Of a DNA stretch of 64,000 bases, positions 1 through 15,479 are shown piece after piece. Each line of letters starts with the position of its first letter. Within the stretch, counting starts at the first letter, position 1. This DNA comes from the human T2T-CHM13v2.0 reference genome, Homo sapiens. The stretch lies in assembly GCF_009914755.1 (NCBI RefSeq), contig NC_060929.1; one strand, 5' to 3'. Made by a program: the position numbers and the translations under genes. The notes beneath the pieces were generated by a model that saw only the letters and a list, made by a program, of their open reading frames with translations, was not told where the DNA came from and did no database searches.

Positions 1-499
1 ACTTGCTGTGAAGAGGCCAGGATGACCCTCCTCTCCTCTTATGCAGTGTTGTATGGACTGGGACACAAGATGCAGATGCTTATTCTCACTGTGAACTGGG
101 TGACAGAACTGAGGGCTTCTCCAGTTTTCAGGACAAGAAATCCCTTCACACACTCTGTCATCATCCTTTCCTTCAGGGATCTATTCTCCTAACACTTACA
201 GCATCTATGACTTTATCCCTTAGGGAGGATGCATGAGCCAGGAGATGATTTTTCCACTCTATATATATGCACCTGCTATGAATGGCAGGCTGGCAAGAAA
301 ATTTTCTGTCCCCTTCTATGGCACAGCAGAAGGCAAATGTGCATATAATTGATTATCAAAGATATGTTATAAATATCTTAAATTTTTCCTTCTTGCAAGT
401 TTCTGTCCAAATGTCATCTCCTTAGAGAAGCTATTTCTCAACATCCTGTCTAAAATACCCACTTCATACCACCTATTTAGCCTCTTTTCTCTGTTATAT

Positions 500-1950
<1,451 letters not shown>

Positions 1951-2039
1951 TTTTTGCCATCATCAATAAAAGGGCTATTAGATGTTCTAATGTTGATTGC
2001 TCTCATATTCAATAATTACATTGCTTGGTTGTGTCAGTT

Positions 2040-2466
2040 CTATTTTTGTGTGTTTGGTTTCTCTAAGAAGCAGAAGCCATGACATGATTAGATATGCAAG
2101 AGATTTATTAGAGGAAATAAAGGTGGGGGGGAGCAGGAGTAGATAGGGTGAGCCTTGAGGCCATCATGCAGGATTGACAGTGGTGAAAGAAGAAATGGAA
2201 GGAAATTGAGCAGGAAGAACCTTGGACTTCAGTGCAGTTCTGAGAAGGTTTTGGTTAGGATAATGAGGAGTTCTGAGCAAACGTTACCCACCAGAAGAAT
2301 TTCATATTGGACAAGAATGATCTGGCTCTGGTACCCCTGAGACTAGACCTGAGAGTAAAGGAAATAGTCCAAAGATTCAGTAGCTGGGGCTGTCAGTTAA
2401 ATATTCTCTTCTCAACAAATTATCTTGAAAGGATATGTGAGTGGCACACCTCCATGGCTTCCACAG
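2040..2466 (-). mobile_element. ERVL LTR (LTR16-like)
   Basis: tttctctaagaagcagaagcc...agatttatt...gcagttctgagaagg...cacctccatggcttccaca resembles LTR16-family consensus. Confidence 0.6.
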
Positions 2467-2469
2467 TCT

Positions 2470-3380
2470 TAGAAAAATATCTCAGACCCATATTCAAGCT
2501 AATTCTTTCCTCAGTTCTGTTTAACCTAACCATCAAATTTTTACTTTCAATGATTACATTTTTCAGTTTTAGAGGTTATATTTGTTTTTCAAATCTGTAT
2601 AATACTCTTTTTCAGTATCTTAATCTCTTCTTATGTTTTCTATACTCTTTTTTAACCATTTTAATTGTTTATTTTATAATTTGTATACCTCTCACTCATC
2701 TTGGAAAGTTTTCTAACATGTCATAACTTTGTGAACTTATATTCCACTGGTATTTTTTTCTAAGGCAATACAGGGAAGATTTATTTGCTGCTGCCTGATT
2801 CTCTAGAGATACTTTTGGCTCAGAATGTACTTTCCTTAATTCTTAGCTTATAAATTATTATACCACTCAACTGGAACCCAAAACTCATGTGTAGTACAAT
2901 CTTGAGCATATGGGATATTTATTTTTCCTACCCATGACAGAACCAAGCTTCCCTATAGTTTTCATTGGCAGATGGCTTAAGTTTTTCCAATCTTCCTTCC
3001 ACTGAGGATGCAGCTCTTTTAGGATTTCAGGTTTATGCAGAGTCTCAGATTCAAGTTCTACTTCATATGGGCCTATCCTCTTTTCTCCTGTCCCTCTGTG
3101 TGTATTAAACCCAAAGCCCCTAGCTATCAAGTCCTATATCCAGGTCCAACTACCCTTATCTTGTTCCATGTCAGCTTGCACTGTTACTATTTTAGTTTTC
3201 AATTTCACCTTTGTTTCTTCAGTTTTGGGGTATCTCTTACTTTTTACAAGCTTAGCCATACTTTTAAAAGTAGTTTGTCTTTTTTTTTTTTTTAATATGG
3301 CTTTTCTGAGTCTTTGCAGCATGAGGAATTTTTCATATTGTATCTCCTCTGGGTTGATATTCCAGACACTCTCTCTTTAA
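2470..3380 (-). mobile_element. Old L1M 5'/ORF1-region fragments
   Basis: Degenerate antisense L1M 5'-region motifs (cttccactgaggatgcagctcttt...caggtttatgcagagtctcagattcaa). Confidence 0.45.
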
Positions 3381-3419
3381 CCTGCCTTATTTTCCTATTA
3401 GTACTTATTACTTTATCGT

Positions 3420-3824
3420 TTAGTGAGTTCTCCAGAAGCAGATGCTGAGATGGAGTTTATTAGGATTAACCTATGAAAGAAAGTGGGAAGCAGGATTGGG
3501 CAGAGGAAGAAGTCAAACTGCAATGTGGGCCTGCTGTAGCTTTTATCAACCCTTTGGGGAGCTCTGGAGCAAATACTGCCTGTCAGAGTGTCTTCTGGTG
3601 AGCTAAAATGACTGAGTCTCTACATCTCCTCTTCCCCACTCAGTTACCAGGTACAGACTTCCTTGAGAAAGGTACGACCTTGAGAAAGGTGGCTCTTTGC
3701 AGCTGGAGTGGATCCTGAAAGAGATAATAGCTGGAGCTGTCTGCTGACCACATTCCCTGCAGCTGGGAAGCAAGTCCTTCCTTGAAGAAGGATCTGGACA
3801 GCACCTCTCTGTGTTGACCGCACA
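3420..3824 (-). mobile_element. ERVL LTR (LTR16C-like)
   Basis: ctccagaagcagatgctgagatggag...gggagctctggagc...accttgagaaaggtggctctttgcagctg...gcacctctctgtgttgaccgcaca. Confidence 0.65.
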
Positions 3825-4029
3825 CTTTACAATTTATACTGTTTAGTCATTACTCACTTTTTTTCTTTTTCAAAGAATGTAAGCCCTCTGTACAAAGCAA
3901 AACCTGGCCTGGAAGAAATAGAAAGCCTCTGTTTCTATTTCTAGAGGGAAACTAGGTGGGATTGGTTGAGTAGACCTAGATTCTGATGGGTCTTGAATAG
4001 TAGAAGGAGAGTTTGGATTGATTCATTGG

Positions 4030-4693
4030 TGCAATCGTTTTCTATTGTTGTCATAACAAATTACCATACACATATCTGCTTAAAACAGCACATAGGTGTA
4101 TCTCACAGCTCTGTAGCTCCAAAGTCTGAGTCCTCTGGATCTCACAAGATTGAAATCAAGGTGTTGGCGGGGATGGGCTCTTAGCTGGAGGCCTTAAGGG
4201 AGAATCCACTTCTAAAATCTTTTGGATTGTTGGCAGAATTCAGTTCTTTGCAGTCATAAGGCTGAGGTTTGTTTTCTTGCTGGCTGTCACCTGGTACCCT
4301 CTTTGAGCTCCTTCAGGTCCTCTGAGCGGAGCAGCAGTAGATAGGGAGAGCCTTCAGGCCATCATGCAGGATTGACAGTGGTGAAAGGAGAAATGTATTC
4401 CTTGTCACCTTGCCTTCCATCATTGAACTAGCAATGGTGAGTTGAGCCCTTGTCATGTTTTGAATCTCTCTGACTTTCTCTTCTGCTGTATTTCTTCTGC
4501 TTCCAGCTGGAGAAAGTTCTCTGTTTTCAAGGGCTCATGTGTTCCAACTGGATCTACCAGGATAATCCAGGATAATCTCCCCATTTAAAAATCTGTAGTT
4601 TTAATTACACATGCAAAATTTCTTTGTCATATGATATGACATGTCACACTATCTGGCATGGACATCTTTGGGAGCCCTTATGCTGCCTACCAC
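4030..4693 (-). mobile_element. MaLR LTR (MLT1E-like) containing a 68-bp foreign insert
   Basis: taacaaattacca...cttaaaacagcac...tggcagaattcagttc...gataatccaggataatctcccc...ctgcctaccac. Confidence 0.8.
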
Positions 4694-7059
4694 TGCTGGA
4701 GAGCAGAGGCTTCAGAAGAACCTGACATGAAACACATGGCATTTTAAATGGAAGATTTATAAGCAGTCAGGCAGAGAATGGACTGTGAGAGGCTGCTAAT
4801 CTAATAGAAACTGAAACCGTAAGGGTCTAGATGAGAGCAATGACAGTAAGAAGAAGAAGGATGTGGCCTTCAATTAAAACATCCCGAAATATCTACCCAG
4901 ACTTGCTGGCAGATTTCCAGTGGTTGGGATTGGGAGTGGGTTACATGAGATACTGTGTTTGAAAGGTGACAAGTTTGGTGTTAAGCAAGTTCAGTATTCT
5001 CATCCTAGTGTTAGGCTATCCAGACATCAGAGATTTACCACAATTTACTCTCCTTGACACAAGGACAGCATTACATGGAACAAGACTTGATGTACATACG
5101 TCCATTTTTATTCTTGACACTAAGAACACTCATTCTAGAAAATGAGGGATGAGCAATAACATCCAATTATCTATCCAGATAGACAGTAATAAAAGTAAAC
5201 ATGATCCAAAGTAACTTTTTAAGGCCTAATTTATGTATCTTTGACTAGAGAATACAATCTGTAATTCTAAGCTACACACTTATCTTCTCCAGTGGATTTT
5301 ACTTAGGTTGATGTTAAATAAGTTTGTATTCTCTTAGTATGAACTAATTGACTTGGGAATTTCCTTTGGATGCATGTTTAAAGAAAATCTGCTTACATAA
5401 CAGTTTTTCAGGAGAATATACATAAATACAGACAATTAAGAATGTGCTATTTTAAAATCTTATTGTACAGTTGGTAGAAACAAAGATAAATCCTCCATGG
5501 GCTTAAGGTGAGTCTGACCAGGTATTATCTCAGATGTCATCTGCTTTCATCAATGAATTCCTGGCAGAACTGGAAAAAGTAGGTAGAATGAGTGATGTCC
5601 CAAAACAGAAAGGTCATGTTGCTTTGTTTCCAGTGCTAAATTCTCCAGAGTATCTGGATGAGCTGGCTTTTGGCAGCTTGCATGACTGGCAATTCTTCTT
5701 CTAATACCTGCAGGCTTTAACCTTCAGGTCACTCAAGTTAATGTTGTAGAAGGGTTAGAGAAAAGTATTCTGAAGTAGAAAACAGATGGAAAAAGGGCAG
5801 AAAACATTTGAGGGAAATGGACCAACCAGAGTGTCTAATTGTATGGAAATGGTATACTTTTCAATAGTTGATGAATTTGCTTTTTCATTCACTGTGCTTC
5901 TTTATCTCTCATCAATAAGTGCCAATTTTTATTCTGCTAATAGAGAAAAGCAGCATTACTTTCCAATGGGGTAGCCAGGTTAGGTTTTATGGTTCCTAAA
6001 TTGACACCATGCAGCAAACTTACCTGCATTTATGGATAGAAATACTTTGTTTCATGGCTGAGACTGAATTTGGGCCAGTGGGAAGAAAGAAGGAGGAGGC
6101 AGTGTTGGATGTGTCAGGTGAGAAGTGTCAAACAGTAGCAGAGGAGAATAATTGATCGGCAAAGGCTGGGTGTAAGGCAGGGACCTGAACCTGGGGCCGA
6201 GGTGGGTATCAAGAGATCCACCATCCTTCTGATACACGTAAGCTGTCATCTTTGAGCACACAGATGCCTTTCCTGGAAGCTTTCATTAAAATTCTAGGTA
6301 GTACAGTGGGTCCAGAAGGAGCATTTAAAGAAGCAAAACAAATAGAAAACTAGGTCGATAGTAGGAAAACAATTCCTGAAGCACAGTGGTAGGACAAGGA
6401 TGAGGGATGAAAGGAAAGAACTTCTTAAAGGCAACTTTCCTTTTCTGAAAGGATAAAAAAAGAGACAGGCGTTAGGGCAGTGGGGAGGAGTGTTAGCTAT
6501 TGCACATCAGTGGAGTAAAAGGCTTTAGAAGATGAGCCTTATTTGCATATTTTCTGGAAATGTGTCAAGAAGAGTGAGAGCATCTCTATGCAAAACTTCA
6601 CCCACAATAGATAATCTGAGTGAAGGAAATATTATCAAGGGAGCTAGCCTGCCTATTGACACTTATTTAACTCTTTCAGAAGAAAATACACTTTGGCAAG
6701 AGCTTTTTTGGGGAAAAAAGAATGTATCTAATTTCCAAACACAAGAAAAGGCAACAGATTCAAAGCCAAGGAGTATTCTTAGATTGAACTTTCATAGTGC
6801 CTTAATTTAGTCAGCTGGAAAAATGCTCTTTAAAGTATACAATTATTTAAATTTTCTAAAAGCTTTTCATTTTGGTTTTAAATCTGGAATTTATTGTAAA
6901 ATTGCCCGTCTATTAATTAGTGATGGTGAATATATTACTGAGGGGACTTACTGTTGGATAGAGTAGTGAACTTGTCCCTATATACTTAGCAAGTAGCGCT
7001 ATTCCCTTAGCAAGTCATGGCGCCAAAGATGTGGGGGCATTTTTGACAAAAGTATGAAT

Positions 7060-7390
7060 GACAGTGCCCCAGATCTATATAAATCACTAGGGACACAGCT
7101 CAAAACTTATTGTTGAATAAAAAAGCAAGTGGCAGAAGGATATGTACAGTGTGCTATTTCTGGATACATATAAGTATAAAAAATTTGAAAGAAAATTATG
7201 TATATTGTGCTACTGTTTGCCTGGTGTGGGGGAGTTGCCTGTGGGACAGAAAATAAAGAGGAGAAATGAGAAACGAGGTTAGTGGTTGTTAAAGAAAATT
7301 TCAATTCCTTCCTTCCCTTTCCTTCTCCCTTCCTTCCTTAAAAGAATGCATGCATGAATTTCTTATGCAGTTTTATTTAAAATTATATGT
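7060..7390 (+). mobile_element. L1ME-like 3' end fragment
   Basis: ttattgttgaataaaaaagcaagtggcagaaggatatgtacagt resembles old L1 3'UTR. Confidence 0.45.
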
Positions 7391-9567
7391 GTCTGTGTTC
7401 TAGGGAAAAAGATCATTAACTGAAACTGTATTTGTATGTGTGTGTGTGTATGTGTATATATTCTGTCTGTATATAATATATATTAAAGTTCAGTGTATTA
7501 AAATGCCAGTATTATAACTCTGAGATGGCACTACTAATCTTCTATTTCTCAGCCATTCCTTAGAAGAAAATCATGATGAAAAAAAAGAAACCCAACCCAT
7601 ATTTCAGCAATCAAGGAAACACTTTGGGCAGAGAATTAAAAAAAAAAAAACCACATAAAGGGACAAATGGTGTAGGAGAAGACTGAGTGGAGAGAATATA
7701 GGCAAAGACAGCCATGTGGGACAGTCAAAAGCATATACATATACCTCCAGGCACACCAACTGCAGTATAAAGTAAGTCGACCCAGTTGGTCAGTATCTGG
7801 TAGGAAAACAAATCATTTGAAACTTGTGGATTTAAAAAAAAAATTAATTTGAACCATGTAAGTGTCATAAAAATTCATTAGGCTAAAGTGTGAGAAAATG
7901 AATCTGTAACATTGGGTAGATGTGAAGCATGTATATCATAAATTTGACTAAAACATTCTCCTGTGTGTCTGTGTTTTGTTTTAAAAGAGGGGCCAGAGAA
8001 GACAGTGACTCTAAGAGAGGGTGGGAACATGATCCACTAAGAGAGGCTTTGATCTGTGAACACAGACTTCAGCATTACAGGGACAGATACTCCTTTCTGG
8101 TTAAAAGACAGCTTTTGTCTGAAAAGTTCCCCTCTAGCAATACACAGACCAAAGCAAAAGATATTAATAGGACTGGTGTGGGCATGAATCTATCTCTCTT
8201 ATAACTGATTGGTCTGTAATCTCATGCTATCCTGGGTCTTATAAATGAAGCTATGTAAGTGAGGCCATACGAGTAGAAAGTTGGTGTGGCAGGGAACACA
8301 CATGTTGGATCACATTTCTTTCTTTGGTTTTGCATTTCCATGCTCTTCCTATTTCTTTTGGAACCTTTTCATCTAATCTTAAAGCTTCAAATGAAAATAG
8401 GCAGGTTAGCATTTGTAAATTGTCTTGGAGGCCTCTCCTTATCCACTTTGCACTTTAACTGGCCATTTAATTTCAGTGACTAATAAATAAATTGATATTG
8501 GATGTAGAACTGGGGGAGTTAGGGATAAGAAAAGACATACTCCAAAGAAAGGGAAGGAACTAACAGGTTTTGGTGAGAAAATTACCTTTGGTGCTTCAGT
8601 GCGTCCTACAGGAGGCATCCACCTCAGGTGGGTTTTGCATTGGTGACCTTGAGCCCCTCCTTCACTGTAGAAGCTGAGCAGGTATTCTGCTGAATAGAGC
8701 AGAAATAGAACTCCTCATGGAGAGTAGTAACCAAGCTGAATAAATCATGGTTTCAGAGCCTGACCTGACTTTTTTTTTTTTTTTTAGTAGAAATTTGTGC
8801 TCCTCTAATGGAAGGGTTTTGGAATACAAGGGCATATATAATTTTCTGAAAACAATTAGATCTCTGTAATACAGGCATGTCTAACAATAAATATAAATTC
8901 TTTGGCAAAAACAAATATGAAGTTTTATTGATAAATTGATGATTGCACAGGAACTCTAGGCCATATTGACTTTAATAAAACATTAAGTGGTTTAATTAAA
9001 TCATTAATTCCACCCTAAGTTCCATTTTACAAAAGGCACTCAATATAAAAATAAAATGGTTTCTTTTTTTATCTGCTTCTCTTTCCTCTATAATTCATTA
9101 AGATGAGTCTATAGATTGGCTTATTGCTATTCTGTTATGAAGCAGTTGCTGCCATTTCAAGAATATCGCACTTTAAGCAGGATACAAGGAGGTATTGATC
9201 TGAAGGTGACATCTTCCTTCACTTTTCATAAAAGGGTTTTTTATTCCAGAAAAATCTATAAAATGTGTATGAATGCAGACGTTTATGTCACAACATTATT
9301 ATAATACTAAAATAATTGTTAGTTTATTCCTCCAATCTGTGGGGAAAACTTATTGAAAGGTATGTGAGCAATCTAAAATGCATATAATGGTAGTTACAAT
9401 ATATTAGCTTTTAAATTTTTATTTAATGAAAGTAATATATGGCAATAATTTTTAAAATCGGGCTTACAATGGAAAGTAATAATCTACCTCACCTTCCCTA
9501 TACTTCAGTTTCACTCACCAGAGCAGCCATTTCTTTGAGTATATATCTTTATATTTTAAAATAATCT

Positions 9568-10130
9568 GTCTTAGCTTAGATCCTCCAAAAACAGATACAC
9601 TCAAGAATCAGCGTTTTGATACTTGTGTGGCATAAGCCCAGGAAGGTGAAGGTGAGGAAAAAGGGAAGTCGGCAACAAAAGCACAAAGCAATACCGTGTA
9701 ATGTGTCACCATTGGAGATCAGCCATCACATCACCTCCGCATGTGAACTTCTCCACATGGCCTGTGATGAGGAACCCTGTCCCAAAATACTGTGGGGATG
9801 GGAAAAAGGAAGGATAATTGATCTGTTTGGCTTCCTCCTGTCTCCTTTTTCCCTTGAGTCAGAGTTCACTCCATGGGACATTCACTCTTTCATACGTGGG
9901 TATCATGTCATCTGGCCCCTGGTGGTCACTGGGGAAGACCTACCCCACTCCCTGTGATGTGGCATTCCACTGAAGTCCAGGAGTGGAAAGGTGACCCAGT
10001 ATGAATGTGCTTCACATGTGGGGGGTGTGGGCCATACAGGTGTTGGACTTCATCATAACTCCAGTCATTTGGGGAACTTGACAAAATGGTGGAGGTGAGG
10101 ATGGTGGTTCAGCCTGTGGGGAGACAATAC
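9568..10130 (-). mobile_element. ERVL LTR (LTR33/LTR16 group) inserted in old L1
   Basis: tgtcttagcttagatcctccaaaaacag start; GC-richer block inside T-rich L1M sequence. Confidence 0.45.
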
Positions 10131-10375
10131 CTTCAGAAAAGAGATGGTGGGGTAATAGGGATTGTACAATATACATACTATGTTTTATTTCCCGATTTAC
10201 CAATTTATGACATTAAATATTAAAGTCTTGATATTGGCCAATGAGTATTTAACTCTCTTATACTTTCTTTCTTTTCATTCCTACTCCATTATAGTTATAT
10301 AACAATTTTGTTTCACGTAACAGTCAGTGTTTGCATTATTATGACTACATAAATCGTTATTGCTAAGACAAGTGC

Positions 10376-10453
10376 TGAATATAATTATAATTTCTTTCTT
10401 ATACAACTTTCACTTGAATATAACTATAATTTCTTTCTTATACAACTTTCATT
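10376..10453. repeat. 39-bp tandem duplication (2 copies)
   Basis: tgaatataa(t/c)tataatttctttcttatacaactttca(c/t)t twice, 2 mismatches. Confidence 0.9.
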
Positions 10454-10764
10454 TTTTGCTAACTACCACATTTTTATTTGCATTGTTTTCTAAGTACTTG
10501 TTCTATTTTTCATTACAACTGGAAATGAACTTTTTTTTCCTTAATCTTTACACATTTCAGACAGTCTATAAATTCCATTTTTTTTTTTTTTCTCCAGACC
10601 TCTTACTCGGAGCCCTCAGTCCTACTGCTTTAATATGGGCAGAATGTTTTTTTAGACCCAACGATGTGGAATCCTTGTTTCTGGATCTCATGTTTTACTT
10701 TTTCTTGGTTAACTTCCTTGTTTTGCTTGATCGAGTCCAGTCCACAGTGGTTACCTAAGCTAAA

Positions 10765-11126
10765 TGTGGTAGACCCTTCCAGTGCCCCTCCCTAATCAGT
10801 TTTCCTCTTGCCCTGGAAAAATGGAGGGTGACAATTCACTGACTCCTTGCAGTCATGTAGGGTCATTGACCAGTTCTAGCTAATGGGCCCTGAGTAGAAG
10901 AGACCTGTGCCTGCCATAGGCCACAGCAATCTCTTTCCCAATGAAGGAAGCCTTGTGTTGAGAAGGTCACAGATCAAAAGCAAGCCTAGATTGCCAGATT
11001 GCCATGGGAGACATTTGCCCTGGGGCGTCTCCTGGATTCACACAAATTCTGAGCATGTGAGAGAGAAACTTGTGCAACAGTAAGCATTTGGCATAGTTTG
11101 TAACCTGGCCTCTCCTGACTGATACA
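10765..11126 (+). mobile_element. MaLR LTR (MLT1I/J-like)
   Basis: tgtggtaga... start, tgaccagttctagctaatggg core, ...cctgactgataca end (TG...CA). Confidence 0.7.
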
Positions 11127-11281
11127 AAAAGGCTTCACGGGAAATACAATTTTGAGTTCTTTCAGTCTGAAAACATTGTTATTCTGTCCTTACAGAACAG
11201 AATAACATTGACTGGATATAGAATTCTAGATTATAAAGAGATCCAATGTTATTCTAATTCTTATTCTCTTTTTGTATATAG

Positions 11282-11617
<336 letters not shown>

Positions 11618-12851
11618 AAGGGTTCTTTTCTTATCTCTTGTGTTCAAAAAGTTCACCATGTTGCGTCACGGTGCAGATCCTTTTTTCCTTTTTTTTTTTT
11701 GTCTTTTACTTCACTGTGTTGGACACTATGAGGGTCAATTTAGAGATCTATATCATTTGTCATCTCTGCTAACATTTGTATTATATCTTTGATTTTCCTT
11801 ATTTTTTTCTTTTTGTAATTTTTATTAGTTGGATATTATGTAGTCTGGAATTACTCTCCTTTTTCATCGTATTTTCTCTTATTTTTATTTCCTTTTCCTT
11901 TTTGTTCTACTTTGTAGAAGAAATCCTCATTTTGTCTTTCAATTCTTCTGCTGGATTTTAAAATTTAATTCATTCCATTTTTACTCATGAGTCTTTTGAT
12001 TATATTTTATAGAATCCTATGTTTAATATAATAATACATTTAAATATATTTGAATTGTTCCTCCCTGTATTTCCTCTTTTTTTTCTGAGTTCTTTTGTCT
12101 TTCTGTTTTTTGTTTTTAAACCTTTCATTTTGGAAGTTTTCCTAAATATCTGGTACTTTGCTGTCCAATCATTCAAGTATTATGCACTAAGGTGCCAATT
12201 AGAACCTATGTGCCTGGGAGGTACTTTTTGACTAGCCTTTTTGGTGAAAGAGTGCTTCCAAATATCTGTAGATCTGTGAGACCATTCACTTGCCCCTGGG
12301 AAGATTCCCCTAATCACCTACCTCCTTAAGTACAAGCCTGATTGCCAACCTTTTTTGAAAAGAGTGGAACGAGGAACTCCCACTTATGAGTATGAAGACC
12401 TTCCCTCAGTTCTCCAGATGTGCAAATCTGGAGACTCCCCGGTTCAGTTTCTCAGATAATAAATGTCTGGCTTTCTATTGTGGGAAGAGAAGGTGGTTAC
12501 TTAGTTGTAAACAGTGGGAGAAAGATGTGCCCATGGAAGGGTGGAATGAAATGTGTTTTGGGGCAAAAGAAGGGGGAAGAAGATGTCTGCAGAGAAGGGT
12601 GGTTCACAGGTGTGTGTGGAGGGGGAGTTGGAACCTAGATGGGGTGAGAAGAGCATCCATACAGAGCATGGCCCTGCATGAAAACAGTCTCCGCATGACA
12701 AGGAGGTTGTTCTCTAGAGGGCTTTGTACCTCAGGATGTTGGAACCCAGTGAGTGAGGGGGGCTTCACATTGGGTTGGGAAGGATCATTGTCTGATGTGG
12801 GATATTAGAGTCTGGGTTGGGTGAGGAAGGTTTCCATGTGGTAAAAGATGT

Positions 12852-13336
12852 TGAATTAGTTTCCTAGGGCTGCTGTAACAAATTACCACAAACTTGACTA
12901 AAACAATAGAAATTAATTTTTTCACAGGTCTAGAGACCAGAAGTTAAAAATTAGTTTCACTGAGTTAAACATCTAGGTGTCTTCAGGGCTTTGTTCCTTC
13001 TGGAAGCTCTGGGGAAGGATCAATTTCCACGATTTTTTCATTTTCTAGAGGCTGACGGCAGTCCTTGGCTTGTGGCTCTGCATCATTCTTCTATTTTTCT
13101 TGTCACATCTCCTTTTCTGATGCTGGTGCTCCTGCCTGTTTCTCATAAGGTCCCTTGTGATGATATTGGGCCAGCCTAGATAGTCCAGGATAATTTCTTC
13201 ATCCAAAAAGCCTTAACTACATCTGCAAGGCTGTGCCTCTTCTTCTTTAAAAGCAAAACAAAACGTAAGGTGGTATTCACAGGTTCCAGAGATTAGAATG
13301 TGAATAACCTTTAGGGGGACATTTAAAGCCTACCAC
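12852..13336 (-). mobile_element. MaLR LTR (MLT1C/D-like)
   Basis: ttagtttcctagggctgctgtaacaaattaccacaaac...tccaggataat...ttcacaggttccagagattag...gcctaccac. Confidence 0.85.
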
Positions 13337-13394
13337 TGATATATACAGAAATATAAATGTTCATGTACACACACAGGCACACGTTAAGTAGTTC

Positions 13395-14530
13395 TGCCTG
13401 CTGAGAAGGCCTGGGAGGAGCAACACCCCAAAACCAACGAATACAACTAGTGACTAGGTCTTAGCTTCCACTGTATTTTGGGTTTTGCAGGAGGCATATT
13501 CAGGGCCATACTTTTACACCTGCCTTAATCGGGCTGCACAGGGTAGAGTGTAACCTTGAGCAAGGTGGCTATGTGTAGCTGGGGCACTCCCTGAAGTGTC
13601 TGACAGCTGACAGTACTCTTAGTTTCAACCAAAAGGAATCAGGGTTTTTTTGAAAAATGGCTGATTCCAGGACTGGGGAGGGAAAGTAGAGTGAATCTGG
13701 AACATCTTTTTATTCCAGAAAGTAAAGAAGCTCTCGAGGAATGATAAGACCATATCAAATAGGCACAGAAGACAGTTTAAAGGAACTCCCATTGACCAAA
13801 TCTGAGATAATTTGAGCATCAAAATAAGTAATGATAAAGATAGATTATAATCTATTGAATAAAACCAGAAACCACTAATCCATACTGATATACATAGCAA
13901 ATTGAAAATTTGAACTATTTACATAGTTCAAAAGTACCTCTGCACAAACTATTAGTTACAGGGGAATAAAGAATAACTTTGCATGGAGAAGCCTGGCAGA
14001 CTTTAACTTAATCAGGTGATCAAAGTGTACATAAGTAATAAATAATAGAGAACATATGCCACCTGATGGGAAGCACAGAGAAGAATACAGCCCCACATCT
14101 GTGATATTTTTAATCTAATTATCAGTAAAATCAGAATAACCCAAATTGAGGATATTGTGATGCAATAACTGACCTGTAAGCCTCAAAAGTTCCCAGTTAA
14201 TGAAAGTCAAGGAACTGTTCCAGACAGAAGACTAAAGAGACAACAACTAAATGCAATGTGTGGTTCTGAGGTGCATCCTATAAAGGACATTAATGGGACA
14301 ATTGGTGAATGGGATCTGAGGATTAGTTGATGGTAATATATCAGTGTTAACTTCTTGATTTTGATGGTTGCATTGTGATTGTATAGTAAAGCATTCTTGT
14401 TTTTGGAAATACATATTAATGTATTTAAGTGTGATGAGCGTCATCCCGGCAACTTAAATTATCCAGAAATAAATTTCTTTTTTATAGGACTTGTAACTTT
14501 TATGTAAATTTGAGATTGTTTTAAAAAATT
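13395..14530 (+). mobile_element. L1MC/MD-like 3' region, interrupted by an LTR16-like fragment at ~13472-13620
   Basis: aaatggctgattccaggactgggg...ggagaagcctggcaga...aactaaatgcaatgtgtg...tcagtgttaacttcttgattttgat typical of L1MC/MD 3'UTR. Confidence 0.75.
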
Positions 14531-15319
14531 ATAGTTGCCTCCCTGGTTTTTGCCAACCAGCTCATAGCATTGTTTCTAGATTGACTATTGATCCTCTCTA
14601 GGGGAAGGGAAGTATCTAAGAAGGCTAAAGTGCAAAATTAAAGAATAAAAAAATTTATGGGGAATATCTCATTGCCTCCTACCCACCCTGACAAGTGTCT
14701 CCCCAAGGTTGACATTTTTTCTAATCAGTCTTTCTTTCTCATTTCAGCTCCTCTAAATTCTCAGCATTAAAACTATAAGCTACTGATTTGCTTTCTGATA
14801 TTTTATCCCCAGTCCCAGCCTAGTGCCAGGCACATAGGATGCTCAATGGACATTTAAAGAATTAATTAGTGGTGTCCTCAGGAAATGAAGTTAGCAACAA
14901 CAAAGTCCTAGAAAATAACTTTTTTCAACCATCAATTAACTTTTTCATTAATATGAGAACTCAGCAGCAAAAGAAGTTTTTGTTTGTTTTGCTTGGTGTT
15001 ATTTTTAATGAGATGATTCTATTTATGGCTCCTCCATCTGCACACATTTTCCTGAACAATCTCAGGCAATTAGCTTCCTGGAATATTGCTGTGTGGGAAG
15101 TTCCTCTATTCCATATTCTCTTACTCTTACCTGCTATAGTTACCATCTCTCGAATTTATGGAAGAAGATAACTCTTCAATTTCTTTTCAACATGTGACTC
15201 CAGATTAAGGGACTTTTCTTGGGTCTTCATAAGAAGAAAACTTAGTTTTATCACTGACCAAACAAACCTCCTCAATGATTAACTCTGGATTCAAATCCTA
15301 GTAGCCAATATTAAAATTC

Positions 15320-15470
15320 TAATAACAGCTAACACCTGATTCCTAGATTCCAGTCATTGTGCCAAGCCTTTTAATGTACCAGTTTAATCCTTACCACAAG
15401 TTTATAAGATAGACACCATTTTTTATGTACCTTTTGTAGCTGAAGAGACAGATATCAGTCTGAGCTTCTA
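15320..15470 (-). mobile_element. MIR fragment
   Basis: aataacagctaacac...tttaatccttaccaca...cttttgtagctgaagagac. Confidence 0.5.
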
Positions 15471-15479
15471 GCAACAACT

